DNA from: Trichosphaerium sp. ATCC 40318
Taxonomy: Eukaryota > Protista > Tubulinea
Direction of reading: 5' to 3'
DNA: 64,000 nucleotides
Assembly: GCA_038496445.1 (NCBI GenBank)
Contig: JALMLS010000322.1
Location: 930,001 to 994,000 of the forward strand
Position numbers and translations under genes: made by a program. Below, in pieces: positions 38,419 to 51,756 of the stretch. Under the pieces are notes generated by a model. The model had not been told where the DNA came from. It saw only the letters and a program-made list of their open reading frames with translations, and ran no database searches. How positions within the stretch are numbered: position 1 is the stretch's first letter; each line of letters starts with the position of its first letter.

Positions 38419-40349
38419 TTAATACTCATCATCACTATCGCCTCCAAATAAATTAGAAAGCACCTCATATTCTTGTTTGTGTGTTTTTAGTACAGCTTCA
38501 GTTGCAACATCATAGAAGCTACCAACTGCCTCCATTTTATAAATATGTGATGTACTTAAATATTCGTCTATGTATATTATTCTTGATTCCTCATAACAAA
38601 CATACAAGCTATTTTTTAACGTTGTAGCAGCGGCATATGTTCCTTTTAAACTATCTATATTTTGCCCAACCGGTATTGTTATGTACTAGAGAGACTCAAA
38701 AAGTAAGACAAAACCAAAAAAGGTAATGTGAAAATTCAGAAAAAACAAAGAACTGTAACTTACCTTGTTAAAGTTGGAGTATAACTTTGATATCTTTTTC
38801 CCATCGTCATATAATACTATCACATCATCTTCAGGTGATACTATACCACCTGCAGCTTCTTCTAGGTGAAGACTCTAGTGATAAGTAAATAATACAAAAG
38901 CAGGAAGAAAAAATATAACAAAGGTGTTTTGTGAGGTATCTCATTTAGTGAAAAATACAATCTAACTTTTCATGTGGGCTCACCAGTTTGAAGGGTTTCT
39001 CTGTAAGAGTTTCAGTTGTATATATAACTTTTACAACTTTGTTTTGACACCCAATACCAACAATAACACTATTACCATGCAAGCTGTATCCAATCTCTCG
39101 TTTGTATACTTGTAATGGATTTACAATGTACTTATAACTCTGACAGCCGCGAGGCTTGACATATACTATAATGTTGCCTGTTGATTTACACATACATCCA
39201 AACTACCCAGAGTTATTAAGAATTATTTCTTCACGATGATTTCTTAGAACAAAGAGAAGAAGAAGAAAAAAAAAAAGTGTTTGTACTTTTACTTGAAATA
39301 CTATCGGACTCTTGATATAAATTTCCTCCTTCCCAGTGTCCAAGTTGATAGTATAAAAATGATTCTCAATGCGAAGCTTAATTTCAACAAACCATACACC
39401 AACTGGAAACAACATTAAATAATAATAATAAAATGAGAAAAAGTCTGAATCTCGTACTCAAATGCAAGTGGTCATCATGTAAATCATTACGTGGAAACAC
39501 GTTAGTATATGGTCTATCAAGAACTATTGTTTTAATAATACTCAATTTATCCATATCTATCACAAGTATTCTACCAATTTTGACACGTTGTTCATTGTGT
39601 TCATGAACAAGTGCATACATCTATTTTAACAGCGAGGTTAGTTATCACATGATAGAACACGTGTTAATTCTGGCTCCATCATACAGCGGAGTATCCCGAC
39701 TCATAAAACTTAAACCGTCTACCTAAAACCATGGCAGCTACACAATTGAAGACAGTTTTAGATTCTCGAGACTGAATCGCCAAACCCCTTAGTGGCATCT
39801 AGGAACACATTGAATGCATTTCTAATGTTGTAGTTTGCTGTGTGTGGCGCCTACTACCAAAGTTTCAAGATGCAGTTAAAGTCATATGACTCGGGATACT
39901 CCGTTGTATGACGGAGCCAGAAATAGCACGTGATGTTATTTTGTCCATGTCTTTACCAATCCATTATGTTCAATCATTTGCTTGACACTACCACTAAATG
40001 TTATTTTATGTTTCCATTCATACTTGTTTGTAAAGTTCTACAAAAGTATTAATTCTTGGGTGATTGTTGACGTTGGCACAATCCAGAATTTAATCGAATT
40101 GGTTTTTGTGTTTCAAAATCTCAAGAGCTGAAAAGCTTGAAATACCTTCCACAAGCGCATAGAGGATACTGTCCATTCAAAATTACGTGATACAAGCCGC
40201 AATGGTAAAAAGCCAGCTAAAGTAGAAGAATAACCCGCTGATTCTCTCAAAATACGTTGAAATATCTCTGTGGGAAGGTCTGTGGCTTCATATTAAAAAT
40301 AAACACAAAAAAATGTTTTGAACGCACCTGAAATCATTAGTTGATTCAT
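38419..40349 (-). CDS. F-box protein with beta-rich uncharacterised C-terminal region
   Basis: MNQLMIS|DLPTEIFQRILRES...LRLVSRNF...LWK is F-box-like; exons continue through ORFs 39384-39620, 39203-39415, 38945-39193 and 38419-38607. Confidence 0.7.
39658..39932. mobile_element. Intronic MITE-like element with ~58-bp TIRs, bounded by CACGTG at both ends
   Basis: cacgtgttaattctggctccatcatacagcggagtatcccgactcata... matches the reverse complement of ...tatgactcgggatactccgttgtatgacggagccagaaatagcacgtg. Confidence 0.85.
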
Positions 40350-41181
40350 CCCGCGAAACACAAGACGCCTAAAGGTAACGCTAAGGTTATTATAACAAAA
40401 CTTATAATTTAGTAGCTTAAATGTGATAGACTGTGACTTAAGAATCAATCTATTGATTTTTGATATCTAGTTTGACCAAATTCCAACATCCTTGAAAGAC
40501 TATAGAAGCCTTCACTATGTCGTATACGGTTGTATAGTTTCCAACACCATTTTATAAGACTGTCCAAAACCAAAAGGATCACAATAGCGTTATAAAGGTT
40601 TGGAGCATATGAGAAAGTATAAACCGGAGAGTTCTTGGTGATGAGTGATATCGGCCGCTGGCAACCGAAAAAGAATATAAGAGATTCTGTCTTGTGTTGC
40701 AGCATATGCAAAGGGTTGCTGAGAATAAATGAGTAGTTGACGTTTGGCTGTCACGTTATTAGAAGACTTGGCGGAGATGGTGCAACATGTGTGATTTTTG
40801 GTTTGTATCTCATTTTGTTTAAATAGGTTGTTGATCTGTGCAAGTTCTTACTTCTAACAGCTCAAGTCTTACTATTACTGCAGATACTCCACGCAGAAGC
40901 AAATCTTAGAAACCCATTTTCGTGTGAACACGCAGAGTGCAAAAAATGTTTAGTGATACCTTAAGTTTAAAATAATTTGGCTCTCAGTAACGCAAAACTT
41001 TTGGCTGAGCATTTTATCAGCTTCTGGCGCATAGGCAAATTCTCTTCAATTTCCACCCAAAGTCCAATGATCGTACAATGCTCCTTTTTGTGACTATCTG
41101 GGTATCTACTTTGTGTTAAGCAATATTTCTGTTAACGACTTAACTTGATCAAAGTAAATCTTACAGCCACTAACGTACGCC

Positions 41182-42878
41182 ATGGGCAAGTGGATATTAG
41201 AAAATCATTCTGGAAGAGCTTCATGTCGAAATTGTGGTAGTACTATCGGCGGAAAAAGCCTACGCATTGAAATGGGTTCAGTTAAGCTTCACATGCGTTG
41301 CTATACAGTATGTAGCTTGAAAAACAATATGTTACTAATGTTAAATTGATAGCCAAGGTCAAAAGAACAGCCTACAGAATTTGATGGATATAAAGGCCTG
41401 TCCAGCAAAGCACGAAAGAAATTTGAAGATTACATGCAAAAGCAAAACGGTAACGGGTTTTTCAAACTCAGAAGTGTTCCTAGAACTTTACTTAGGAAGA
41501 ACGTGAAAAAAAGTGTTAAAAAAATCCAATTCCTAGAATATTGAATCTCGTTATTACTACGTAACTGACATTCTTGCAAGCTAAACTTGAAGCAGATAGT
41601 ATCAAAGCGAAACAGAGGTATCAAAAAGCTGCAAGAGGCTTAAGAGCCAAGGCATGTTCGCTTTTCGAAAAACTCATAAAAAAAATATCTTATTGGCTCT
41701 TTTCTTACCGATTTAATAGCGTCGCCTTGTCAATGAAGTTACTCTACTTCCCCCTATAGAAGGTGTTACATATACTGCACCACCTGAAATACTTGATTTT
41801 GTTTTCCAGTATTGTGACGTTTCGGACGCTTATAATATCTCGTTGGTTAGTAACACATGGTATGATAGTTTGCTAAGCACTAGAGCATGGAAGTATTGGT
41901 TCACCAAGAATTTCTGTGTGGACAAAAGCGTTGATTCTTTGGACCACCTGAGTTGGAGAGACGCTTTCAAAGTATTGTGTAGTGAGGATTCTGCTATATG
42001 CGCTCATTGTGGGTCTGAAGGAAAACGAAGAGTTGTTTCTAAACTTGCTTTCTGTTCAAAATGTGAAGATTTCTTAGAAAACTGTGTTGTAACAGCGCCT
42101 AGAATAACAACCTTTGGTACGTAGAGGTCTAAGATTTCTCACCTTGATTTTGTTTTATTTACACGAGATTGTTTCTTGGCTTGTACCGTGAGTCATGCTA
42201 ACAATCTACTAGGTATTACGGAGAAAGATTGTATGTTGTACGGGAAGACCAGCTTCTCAGAGATCCCCGTTGTTTCTGATACTCTGTATGGCCCCATGAC
42301 GAGGTGGTACCAAGCTTATAAGGTTTCAGATTTGCTAGACGTTTCAAGAGAAAAAGCAAGAGATGAACTCTACGGTATAATCCATTGGAGAAAACACAAA
42401 TTGATATTATTTAGAGGCGTTTTTACAACACGAAGAGTGTGTATCACGCGCTGAAATACTATGTGAAAACATCTACTTTGATGAGTGGTTTAATACAAGA
42501 GCCAGAGGACCCGCCTCAGTAATGGTAGAAGAGTTTATGAGAACAAAACTTGGTATTGTCCCAAAAAAGAAAGTAAAGCATTTGTACAAGTGCCATTTAT
42601 GTGATAGAAAATGTAAGACACTCAAAGCTTACACAAAACATATGAATACACAAACTCATAAAAAGAAAGAAACCGTACGTATTACTGTTTTCAACTGTCA
42701 GTGCAATCGCGTATTTGTGAGTATAAAATTTACCGTGTGAACCAATGTTTTATCTTAGAGCTGGCTATATCCTGATGCCCCATCAAACGTTGATATATGG
42801 GATTATTATAGAAATATCGCTAGACAAGAAGTAGATTTCGATTATCTAACAGGATACTGTCATAAGGAGTCTACCTGA
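41182..42878 (+). CDS. PARP-type zinc finger + F-box + CxxC cluster + C2H2 zinc finger protein
   Basis: SGRASCRNCGSTI...LRI...HMRC...FDGYKGLS (zf-PARP); APPEILDFVFQYCD...SLVSNTW (F-box); CAHC...CSKC; YKCHLCDRKC...HMNTQTH. Confidence 0.75.
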
Positions 42879-42961
42879 GAATGGAGAAGTCAAGCTTTTA
42901 TTCTTTTCATTCATTTACTACTTAACCACAACATTCATATCAGAGCTTAGTGTACACGTTT

Positions 42962-43813
42962 TTATATTCCAATACGCATACGTAGTAAATAAAATAAACA
43001 CTTTAATCTACGACGTAGTGCATCGGCCATAAACCATAAAGACCATTTTTCCATTGAAATGCATTTGGTACCTTTCCGACATTGAAGAACTTGCGCTGGT
43101 CTGCTGTCTGAAGCGTACTTATTCTTACATTTGACATCACCTGTTCTTAGAAATGATTCGTAGCATTTCAGCTGGCCCATAAAACCGGAATTTGGGTGAG
43201 TACGAGGTCTAGCCTGAGAGTAAAGTGAGTACAGGTTTTTTTCAAAAAACTTGTTTTTGCTTGACCTTCAATATACGTTGCAATGCTTCTGAAGCACTCA
43301 ACTTATGTTTTTTCATTAGGTACGCTGCCGTAATAGTAGTGCTTCTGGAAACTCCAGCCATACTATTACCAATGGTTAGTAGTCTTCATAACTGACACTT
43401 GAATGTTGCAACAAGAGATAGTAACTTACCAATGAATCAACACTGATTTGTTCTCGCTAACTGCCTTATCTATAAAAGCGTATGCACTATCAAACGTTTC
43501 CAAAAGGTTTTGGTAGTCCCTGTCATGAGCCAAGATGACTAACTCAAGAAATTAGAAATGAGCACAAACAACTATTTTTAAAGTTACCCATGTGGTTTTC
43601 GGTTGGTTCACTTGGTTGTAATGGCGCTACAGATACAACATACTCTATATTGTTTTCTTTGATCCCATGCGTTGATAGGGCAGCGTAGTAGCTTCCTAAG
43701 TAGATACCATCGGCAATCAGGTCTGCTTCCCATGGAAAAGGAACAAACGCATCAAATGCGATGAAACTACATAAAACAGCTACAAAACAGACAAACACAA
43801 CGTGGTAGAGCAT
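42962..43813 (-). CDS. Dual-specificity protein phosphatase with N-terminal hydrophobic segment
   Basis: IADGIYLGS, SVLIH|CMAGVSRS (CX5R), AAYLMK, PNSGFMGQL. Confidence 0.9.
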
Positions 43814-43924
43814 GTTTAATGTATAGTATTAACTGCCAATTGCGAAATGAGTCATAGTTTAAGTCACAACAAAAACAAGCTTAAAGTCGATCTCTTTTGT
43901 AACCAATTTATTAGCCAACAAATC

Positions 43925-44571
43925 ATGTCTTGGCAGACTTACGTAGATGTTAATATGGTACAAGCAGGTGGTTGCGTTATGGCATGCATTTTCGGTCAGA
44001 CTGGAACACTTTGGGCCCATTCTAAAGATTTCAACGTAAGGCTCTATTGTAGATGCAAAATCACGTGATAAAACGTGTTTGTTAATAAATCACGTGATTT
44101 ATCATTTTACGCGTCTAACGGTTCTCAAACATAGCCTGGAGATGTAGGAAAGACGCTAGTAGCGGGGTTTGCTGAGCCGCAAACAATTCGTACAAATGGC
44201 GTTAGGATTGGTCCACACCAGTTCTTAGTCATTAGAGCTGATGATAGATCAATATACGGCAAGCGGGTACGTTTTTATTATCGATCCCTATTTTAGCTTG
44301 ATAAAAAAAAACCGTGCGCATGTAGAGAGAAAAAGGCATGTCTCGAAGAGAACACCAAAGAGCGTTGTTTGATAACGAAGTTTATGATGCTTGAATTTTT
44401 TTATTTGTTTAAGGTTTCGTTGATTTGATGTTTTAGGCAAAGTCAGGGTTTGTTGCTGTAAAGACAAAGTCAGCTATTCTTTTAGGGGTATTTGATGAGA
44501 CTATAGCACCCGGAGAATCTGTAAAAATAATAGAGGGTGTTGCAGAGTACTTGATAAATGCCAATTCATAA
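43925..44571 (+). CDS. Profilin
   Basis: MSWQTYVD...LWAHS, IRADDRSIYGKR, VKTKSAILLGVFDE...AEYL; two introns. Confidence 0.92.
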
Positions 44572-44619
44572 CATAATAAAAAAACACCATTTACAACGAA
44601 ATAGTTTACTCGCTTCTTA

Positions 44620-45480
44620 TTAGTGCCCGGAGCTCATTTTCAAAAAATTGTGTACCAAATATGTACCACAGTTGTTTCATCCAGTAACAAAGTACCGAGC
44701 AGACTATCGTGGCTAACAACTCTGAGCACTATTACTTTATAAGCGCCGCTAATACTGAGTACAATATCATTCGGCTCTCGCCATACTCAAAATGATTCGA
44801 TACAACAAAAACTACTTTTTGTACAACTGTAACTGATCCAGATACAACCATATGGCAACTGATAGTCTTTGATATTTCTTTACAAGAGATGGTTCACAGT
44901 GTCTGTATCATTCACTTGTTCTAAAGGAGAGCCTATACCGCGATATAGCGTACGACGTGGAGTTCTGGAAACCTAATGAAGCAATAATACTGTACCATTC
45001 TAAACAAGTACAACGAGCTCTATCTAAGCAGGTCCACGGATACAAGATACCTTCGACCATATGCTATAGCATACATACAAAGCTACAGAAATACTGCAAA
45101 TACAAAGCTGAGGTTACCGTGTGTACACCAATAAATCCATCCTTTGAAATGGATCTTCGATGTTGTCATTAAGCTAGAAGATCAACGCACCTGTATCTAT
45201 GCGTTTTGGTGTATTGTTGAAATCGCAGAACTGATAAAAGTGGTGACTAGGTAGATTATTTCTTTGCCCAAATCTGAGGAGTTTGCAATGCGTCAAACCA
45301 ACTGAAGGTGGAATGTCCCTATTCCCTGTAACAATATCAGGCGGCACAGAACGAGACACTGACCTTGTAAAAAGACTGGGGTATTGCGCAAATGAACGAA
45401 GAAGAGCTCTTCAAGAAAGTCAGAAATACAGAATAGAGGACAGTGATTACTGCTATTGAGCATCAATAAATACAATTAAT
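44620..45480 (-). CDS. Probable multi-exon gene of unknown function
   Basis: Short coding-like blocks separated by GT/AG-bounded AT-rich segments; no recognisable motif and the model is unresolved. Confidence 0.3.
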
Positions 45481-45776
45481 ACTTAGTTCTGTGCTTTTTA
45501 CAATGTTACCATACTTTGGGTGTACTTATATTGCAACAACTTCTTTTTGCAAAAAGTTGTTTTCTTGATTTTTATTCTTCAGGTTTCAAACCAGTTCATT
45601 TTGTTTCGATACTTACAATTGCTAACAGAAGGATTTCAGGTAAATCAAATCGTCCCTTCTCCGTTTTAATTTTTTTTTTAATTATACACGGCACTCTACT
45701 TTACAATACTGTACAAAAAAAATCATCTTCTTTTTAAATTTCTTTTCTTTCGTTTCTCTTCATCATCCATGTGATA

Positions 45777-47279
45777 TCACTTCCTGTTTTGACTTTGAAC
45801 AGGCGTTATCTTGACAATTAAAACAGAAACATTATCTGTAGATTCCTTGTCATCTATAGCATACTTGACGAGTTCTTTACATATAGACTTAATGCTCTGT
45901 CCATTATTAATCCTTCTACTGACATACTTCGCAACAAGGGCATTATTCATAACGTCCCATAGGCCATCACAAGCAAGTACTATTGTATCAATATCTGATA
46001 GATTAAACTCCTAAAAAAAAACAATAAGAAAAGAAATCAGGACTCTCCAAAAAAAAAAAAGCGTGTTCGGAGAAATAGTACAAAAATAGAACAAAATTTC
46101 TTTTTTGGATTGTTTTGTGGATAAACTTGGTTTTTTAAATCGAGATCAGTTTCGGTTTTTTTTATGGTTTTTTTTTTTGTTTCACGTGCCATTACGTCAG
46201 CTTCATTGGATACATATAAAGGCTCTAATGTATCATTGTTTTTAAAATGAAGATCACCAAGAGTTCTACTTATAGCGAGCTTTCCTTGTACTCTATTATA
46301 CTTTACAAACCCTCCAACAGACTCAATCCTAAAAAAAATAAAATTAACAAAAAAACCAACGAAAAAAACCACTAACCACGTGGTTGGGTCTCTGATAACA
46401 CGTGGAATACAAAAAAAAAAAGAATGAACGATTAAAAAAAACTAAAATAGAGCTCTAGCCGGTCTAACGAATAAACAAGGAATGTTTTGTTTTTTGAGGT
46501 CAGTTTTGTGAGCTTGAAGCTTTTTTTTTATGAAATTTAATTCTTACCTTTTACGTTCTTTAGGGTCCTGTGGTTTATGATCTTCAGAAGCAGCGATAAC
46601 TTGACCATCTTTAAGTAGAATAACCCTTGAATCACCACAATTTGCAGTATATAACTTATCTTTCTGTAATAATGCTGTAATAGCCGTAGTACCATCCATC
46701 CACTTTCGTCGTTTCTGAAAAACACATTAGTAAACGAATAAAAGCCCAAAAAACATTAAAAATAGGAAAACACTGAAAAACAGAAAAATGCGTTTTTCTT
46801 ACAGCTATGGCCAGAAATTGTTTATCTATTGATGTAAACGTCTCTTTAATAGCCTCTTTAGTATCCTTGCGTATTCTTGGGTGTTCTAAAGACAAAGTAA
46901 ACGGACGTAACAATAAATAAATTGAATTTCTATTTTATTACAATAAACGTTTGTAAAATAAAATAACATACCTATCAGCTCTTTTGGTAAATGCGTTGCC
47001 ATATATTTCGACGCTTTTGGGCCATAATGACCGTCAAATACCCCAAAAAAAGCTAATCACCATGTTAGGCCTCCGTCAGCATAGTTTGTAGCCAGTACCT
47101 TGGTCCCCGCTCGCTGATACCTTCATTGCGCTAGAATCCTCCATTGACTCCCGGATACCCTGTAACGAGCTTTCTGCAGCGTCTAGGACGTATTTACCAT
47201 CATATTCAGCGTTCAGTTTCGACTTTGAGGCTCCTGTTTCTCATTAATAACTTCTAAACGTGATTATTAACATACCCAT
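45777..47279 (-). CDS. Protein phosphatase 2C (PPM family)
   Basis: QGIRESMED, FFGVFDGH, ANCGDSR, DHKP, RVQGKLAISRTLGD, LACDGLWDV, STDNVSV. Confidence 0.93.
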
Positions 47280-47787
47280 TCTGTGTATACGGTTGTGTAA
47301 AGAAGTTGGTAATATTGGAACGCTATTGACTTTTGGAAGGCATATAATACTGCATTGTTACATGTTCTCATCAACTCGAGAACCCTTGCAAACAATAAAC
47401 AAGACGACGTTTTGTATTTACAGAAAACCAAAATCAGACTGGAATAGGTTTGTAGCTCCAGTAGTGTTTTGAAAATACCAGTTTAAACCAAATTAGCCGC
47501 AGTTCAGCTGATCCATTTCTGTTATTTAGGAGCGTATCATTTGGGTAACAACGAGGAGTTAGTTCACGCATCCAGAGACCTCGTACTGAGTTATTACGGT
47601 CTGTGGTACAAAAAAAACTGCAGTTAAAACAAAGAGTGTACACAGTCCTCCAGGCACTTAAAAAAACTTGTTATTGTTATGCTACTGCGTAGCAAATAAC
47701 ACTGCAAGTAGTGGTCGTATTATTAATTGTTCCTCAACAGCAAACAAGAGCGTTTAGTTTTTTTTTATTTAAACGTTCATGTACGCA

Positions 47788-48537
47788 TTAAATCAACATC
47801 AACAAAGCGGATAGGGCCACAAAAACCAAAGAAAACACCTATAAACGAAATGTCAGTCAACCGCATCAAAACATCACTAGCAGTGTAGTAGGATGCGTAG
47901 AGTAAGTACTTACAGTGTTGAAATGGGATCTAGCAGCACAGGTAATCTTAAGATTTCTGAAGTCGAGAAAGTCTATGCGAGGTAAGTATACGCATATAAA
48001 TGCTATTGAGGAGTGTTTGGCGTACTTTGGTTAATGATTTGTTCAAAGCACGTCTTTTTGTTGTCTATAAAGACATCCACGCGCTCAAGACCACATTTTG
48101 TGAGTGTAGATAGCGTTCCTGTCTCTTGTTGTACACTTGTAGCATTAATACGCACATTGACACCAAAAGTAGGGCAAAAAGCTAATGTCAAGTTTGTTAC
48201 GGTGTCAACCTCAATGATAGTGTCATCGGAGATACTAATCTGCCCTATAGACGCATGGACGTTTAGTACACAATGAAAGTAGGGTAGAGTTACCTTCAAA
48301 CTCGACTTCAACGCCTGAAAAGTCGTAGCAACCAGATAAGGTTACGTCATCATCTACAACAAAGCCAGTAGGAGTTTCTCTAGCTGGAATAGAAATAGAC
48401 GCGTTACATGTTCCATTGATTGTAACTAGAGCGGTAGTAGGTGACATTGTTGTTGGTGCAACTGTTGTCGGACTAGTTGTTTGAGCAAAAGCACACGATA
48501 AGGCTACAAGAACGCAAATAAGTATAGAGCTGTGCAT
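47788..48537 (-). CDS. Secreted, probably GPI-anchored surface protein with Thr/Pro N-terminal stalk
   Basis: Signal peptide, TTSPTTVAPTT, three GT-AG introns, C-terminal VFSLVFVALSALLMLI*. Confidence 0.7.
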
Positions 48538-48885
48538 AGTTGTTGTTTCAAAAGGAGTATACGTCTAAAGAAGCTAAGTCGCGTTCTAAAAAAGGAAATT
48601 GATGCTAGATCAGAGCTCATTATTATTATTGCTTTCTGATTATAACGACGTGCTGTTAGTTGGCGCCAAAACTCTCCAAAAACTTTACCCCTTTAAAGTT
48701 GCTTAATAACTCATTGTTTACTACTAGTTACTGTATAGAAGCGTTAGTGTACACGCCCGATAGTTGACGTAAAACCAAGGAATTGTTGTGTAAGCGAGTA
48801 ATAAGTAATGCTAGGCAACACCGTAGCATTGTCTAAGCGTAAACAACAGCGATAGAACAAATTGGTGTATTAAATGTAACTTTTG

Positions 48886-49317
48886 TCAAAATCTACAAGC
48901 AAAAAGATCCGCAAAACCGATTAAACAATCACCAACGGTTATAATCTTCATAATACGTGAGAAATTCCATGCTTTTGAGTTCATAACGGTGACGTCAAAG
49001 TAAAACTGTGACAAGTTCGCGCATGACAGTATAGCAAGCGCTATTTGTCTACCTAGTCTATGTGCTTTGCGTTCTGCAGGGTCTGATGCGTTTTTAGCTC
49101 TGTAATGATGTACGAATAGTGCCAGCAACGAAAAGATAGCGTAACCGATGTTTATAAGTCCAAGAGCTCGTAAAACGTCAAGTGTAATTACAGGCACCGG
49201 TTTAACGACTGATATTTGTTTAGCAAGGCCTCTTCCCTTCAAAATAAAATAATAAGACGCGAGTGTATGCCATACACCGTTAATTGCGAGTAAACTGCTT
49301 AACGCATCATCTGACAT
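48886..49317 (-). CDS. Hypothetical four-TM membrane protein
   Basis: Intronless 143-aa ATG ORF with four hydrophobic segments. Confidence 0.65.
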   Translation of the reverse strand: MSDDALSSLLAINGVWHTLASYYFILKGRGLAKQISVVKPVPVITLDVLRALGLINIGYAIFSLLALFVHHYRAKNASDPAERKAHRLGRQIALAILSCANLSQFYFDVTVMNSKAWNFSRIMKIITVGDCLIGFADLFACRF

Positions 49318-49740
49318 CCTCTAACCCTTCGAAATGAGATGCTGTCACGTCTACAAAAGCTGACTGTCAGTTACAAACGTGAACTCATGGCAGTCTTTCA
49401 AGTTCAACCCTCACGCCTTCTCGGAACTTAGTGGGGCTAGATGCCCTTTGAGAGAACTTAAACAAAAGGCAATAACTTTATTCACGTGGTTTTTTCAATT
49501 TTGTGAGCTATATAGTTTATTTGGTTTTTTTCAGTAAAGATTGTCAGCGAGAGTCCACATTTAGTAGCCACTGCTAGTGTAACGCCAAGCAAATGGTCTG
49601 GGAGTTAACTCTCTTTTTCATGCGCACTTACTGAGCCTGTAGATCAACAGAACAGTAGATTGTGATTAGAATGCAAGTCTTGTACTAGTTATTTTTGGAT
49701 AATTTTTAACAGAACGATCTTGATGATACATCAAGTCTTA

Positions 49741-51107
49741 TTATATTATTCTGATAAACTTTTCTATTATAGAATATTGTTGAAGATCAGCAAAATGAGC
49801 ACCTTCAAGTGACTTAATACCTTCATCTGTAGCTGAAGTACCAGTAACGTCAATTACGTGAACACCTTTTAGCGCTTTAATACCATCATCTGTAACACGT
49901 CTACAATGATGAAGGTTAATTGTATGAACGCCAGCAAGTGCTTTAATAGTATAATCTGTAACAAAACTACCAGCAAGATCAATTGTATGAACACCGCTCA
50001 ATTCTTCAACACCATAGCCGCTAATTCTACAATAGTTGAGGCCAATAGCATGAACACCTTTAAGTGACTTAATACCATAATCAGTGATCTTTGTACAGTT
50101 ACTAAGATTAATAGCATAAACGCCTTTAAGCGCTTCAAGGCCTAAATCTGTAACTGAAGTACCAGATAGGTCAATGGCATGAACACCTTTGAGCTCTTTT
50201 ATACCTTCATCAGTCACATTTGAACAATCTGAGAGATTTATAGTATGTATTCCCTTCAAACACTCGAGTGCTACATCAGATACACCAGTACCAGCAAGGT
50301 TAATATACTGAGCATTTGCTAATGCTTTTACAGAAGAATCTGTTACTGAAGTCCATCCAAGATTTATCTTGCTAGCAGATCTAAGTTCTTTAATACCTTC
50401 ATTTGTCACTTTATAGCAACGGTTAAGAGAAATAGAATTAGCTTCACTAAGCTCTTTCAAATCACTATTATTGATAGAACAATATGTGGTTATGATGTGT
50501 TTGCAACCAGATAGTGCTGAATATACTGTATTTTCAATATCACCTACTTTAATAACAGTGTTGTTCATTATACCCTTGTACTCTCGGATCTTTAAAATGT
50601 CTTTAACAGATGATAGATATATTTGTTTGTATCCAACAACATCATGAATGATATCAGCCATTAAACGACATGACTGAGCAGCAGAGAATCTATCATTTGC
50701 TTCTATATGATGAAGAATATTCGCAATGACCTCTGGTGGGAAATCCACAATATTTGTTTCTCTTGGCACTGGTCCACTAATGTGTTAAGTCAGTAAGGAA
50801 AAGGTAGTTTAAGCGAAAAAAACTGCATAGAAAAAGCAACGTACTTTCTTGTTTGTTTTCGTTTTGATGTTACAGAGTCCTCAGAGGTATTTGTAAATCG
50901 ATTATTGGTAGTATGGATCGTTTCTGCGTGATTGAAAAGAGCTACATCGAGTTGTTGTATTACAGTTGTGTTTGCAACGTTTACGATGCTATCTATGCGT
51001 TTAATGAATGTTTCGCGTTGTTCTTTCGTTATCGTGCTAAGCGTTTCATTATGCTTCGTGTGATAGTACATTAGCGCTTGCTCTACAGAAAGACAGGAGA
51101 AATTCAT
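49741..51107 (-). CDS. F-box + LRR protein, paralogue of 1560-2844
   Basis: Same N-terminal exon (MNF..LS.EQAL.YY), same intron position, near-identical F-box DFPPEVIANILHH, about 10 LRRs. Confidence 0.87.
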
Positions 51108-51299
51108 AATTTGCTGCTTTGCAAGTGTTTTTTGAATATAAATACCTTTTTAAGTTGGTGCTGACTTAAAAGTGCACTGTTGGTACCCGATGCTAGGACA
51201 GACTGCAGTAGTCGGCATAGATTGATAAGAGATCATATTGACTTCAGCTACTAAATTCTCCAAACAGCTCGGTCTTCCACAATCTATATGTCTGGATAA

Positions 51300-51570
51300 C
51301 TGATAATTCAAAACGCAAATTGTATGAATACCCTTGAGTGCTTTTATGCCTTCATCTGTTACTTCATTACAACAACTATTCAAGAGATGCGCTTCTGAAA
51401 GTGCATCAATACCAATATCTGATACAAGAGTGTAAGAAAGGCAATGGTATGAACTCCTTTAAGTGCCTTGACACATTCATTTGTTACTGGTGTCACACAA
51501 AGATTAATATTATGAACCCCGCCAAGAGCAATTATACCTTCATCACCAACATCAGTACACGCGTCTCTTT
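51300..51570 (-). pseudogene. Orphan LRR repeat fragments
   Basis: CTDVGDEGIIALGGVHNINLCVTPVTNECVKALKGVHTI and CNEVTDEGIKALKGIHTI lie in different frames, with no F-box and no clean start. Confidence 0.75.
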
Positions 51571-51756
51571 GTGTTATTATTATGGGTTCAACAATGAAAT
51601 CTATTTTAGGAAAGGTAGCACGTGGATCCATTGTTTGTGTTGTCAGTTATAATACACTACGTACAACGTAGAAGACAATAATATTCTTTCGACAAACAAC
51701 CAAATTGCAAGTTGCAGCTTTCGTCATGCAAGGGTTTTCTTTTGGATGACAGCACA

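Noticed and set aside
40445-41100. Possible small minus-strand gene
   Set aside because: No consistent exon chain or motif could be built.
48235-48311. Apparent frameshift between overlapping ORFs
   Set aside because: Resolved by a short GT-AG intron (FEG|QISISD).
49385-49450. GTTCAA-containing segment as a tRNA
   Set aside because: No cloverleaf or A-box; no tRNA, rRNA or snRNA could be supported anywhere in the window.
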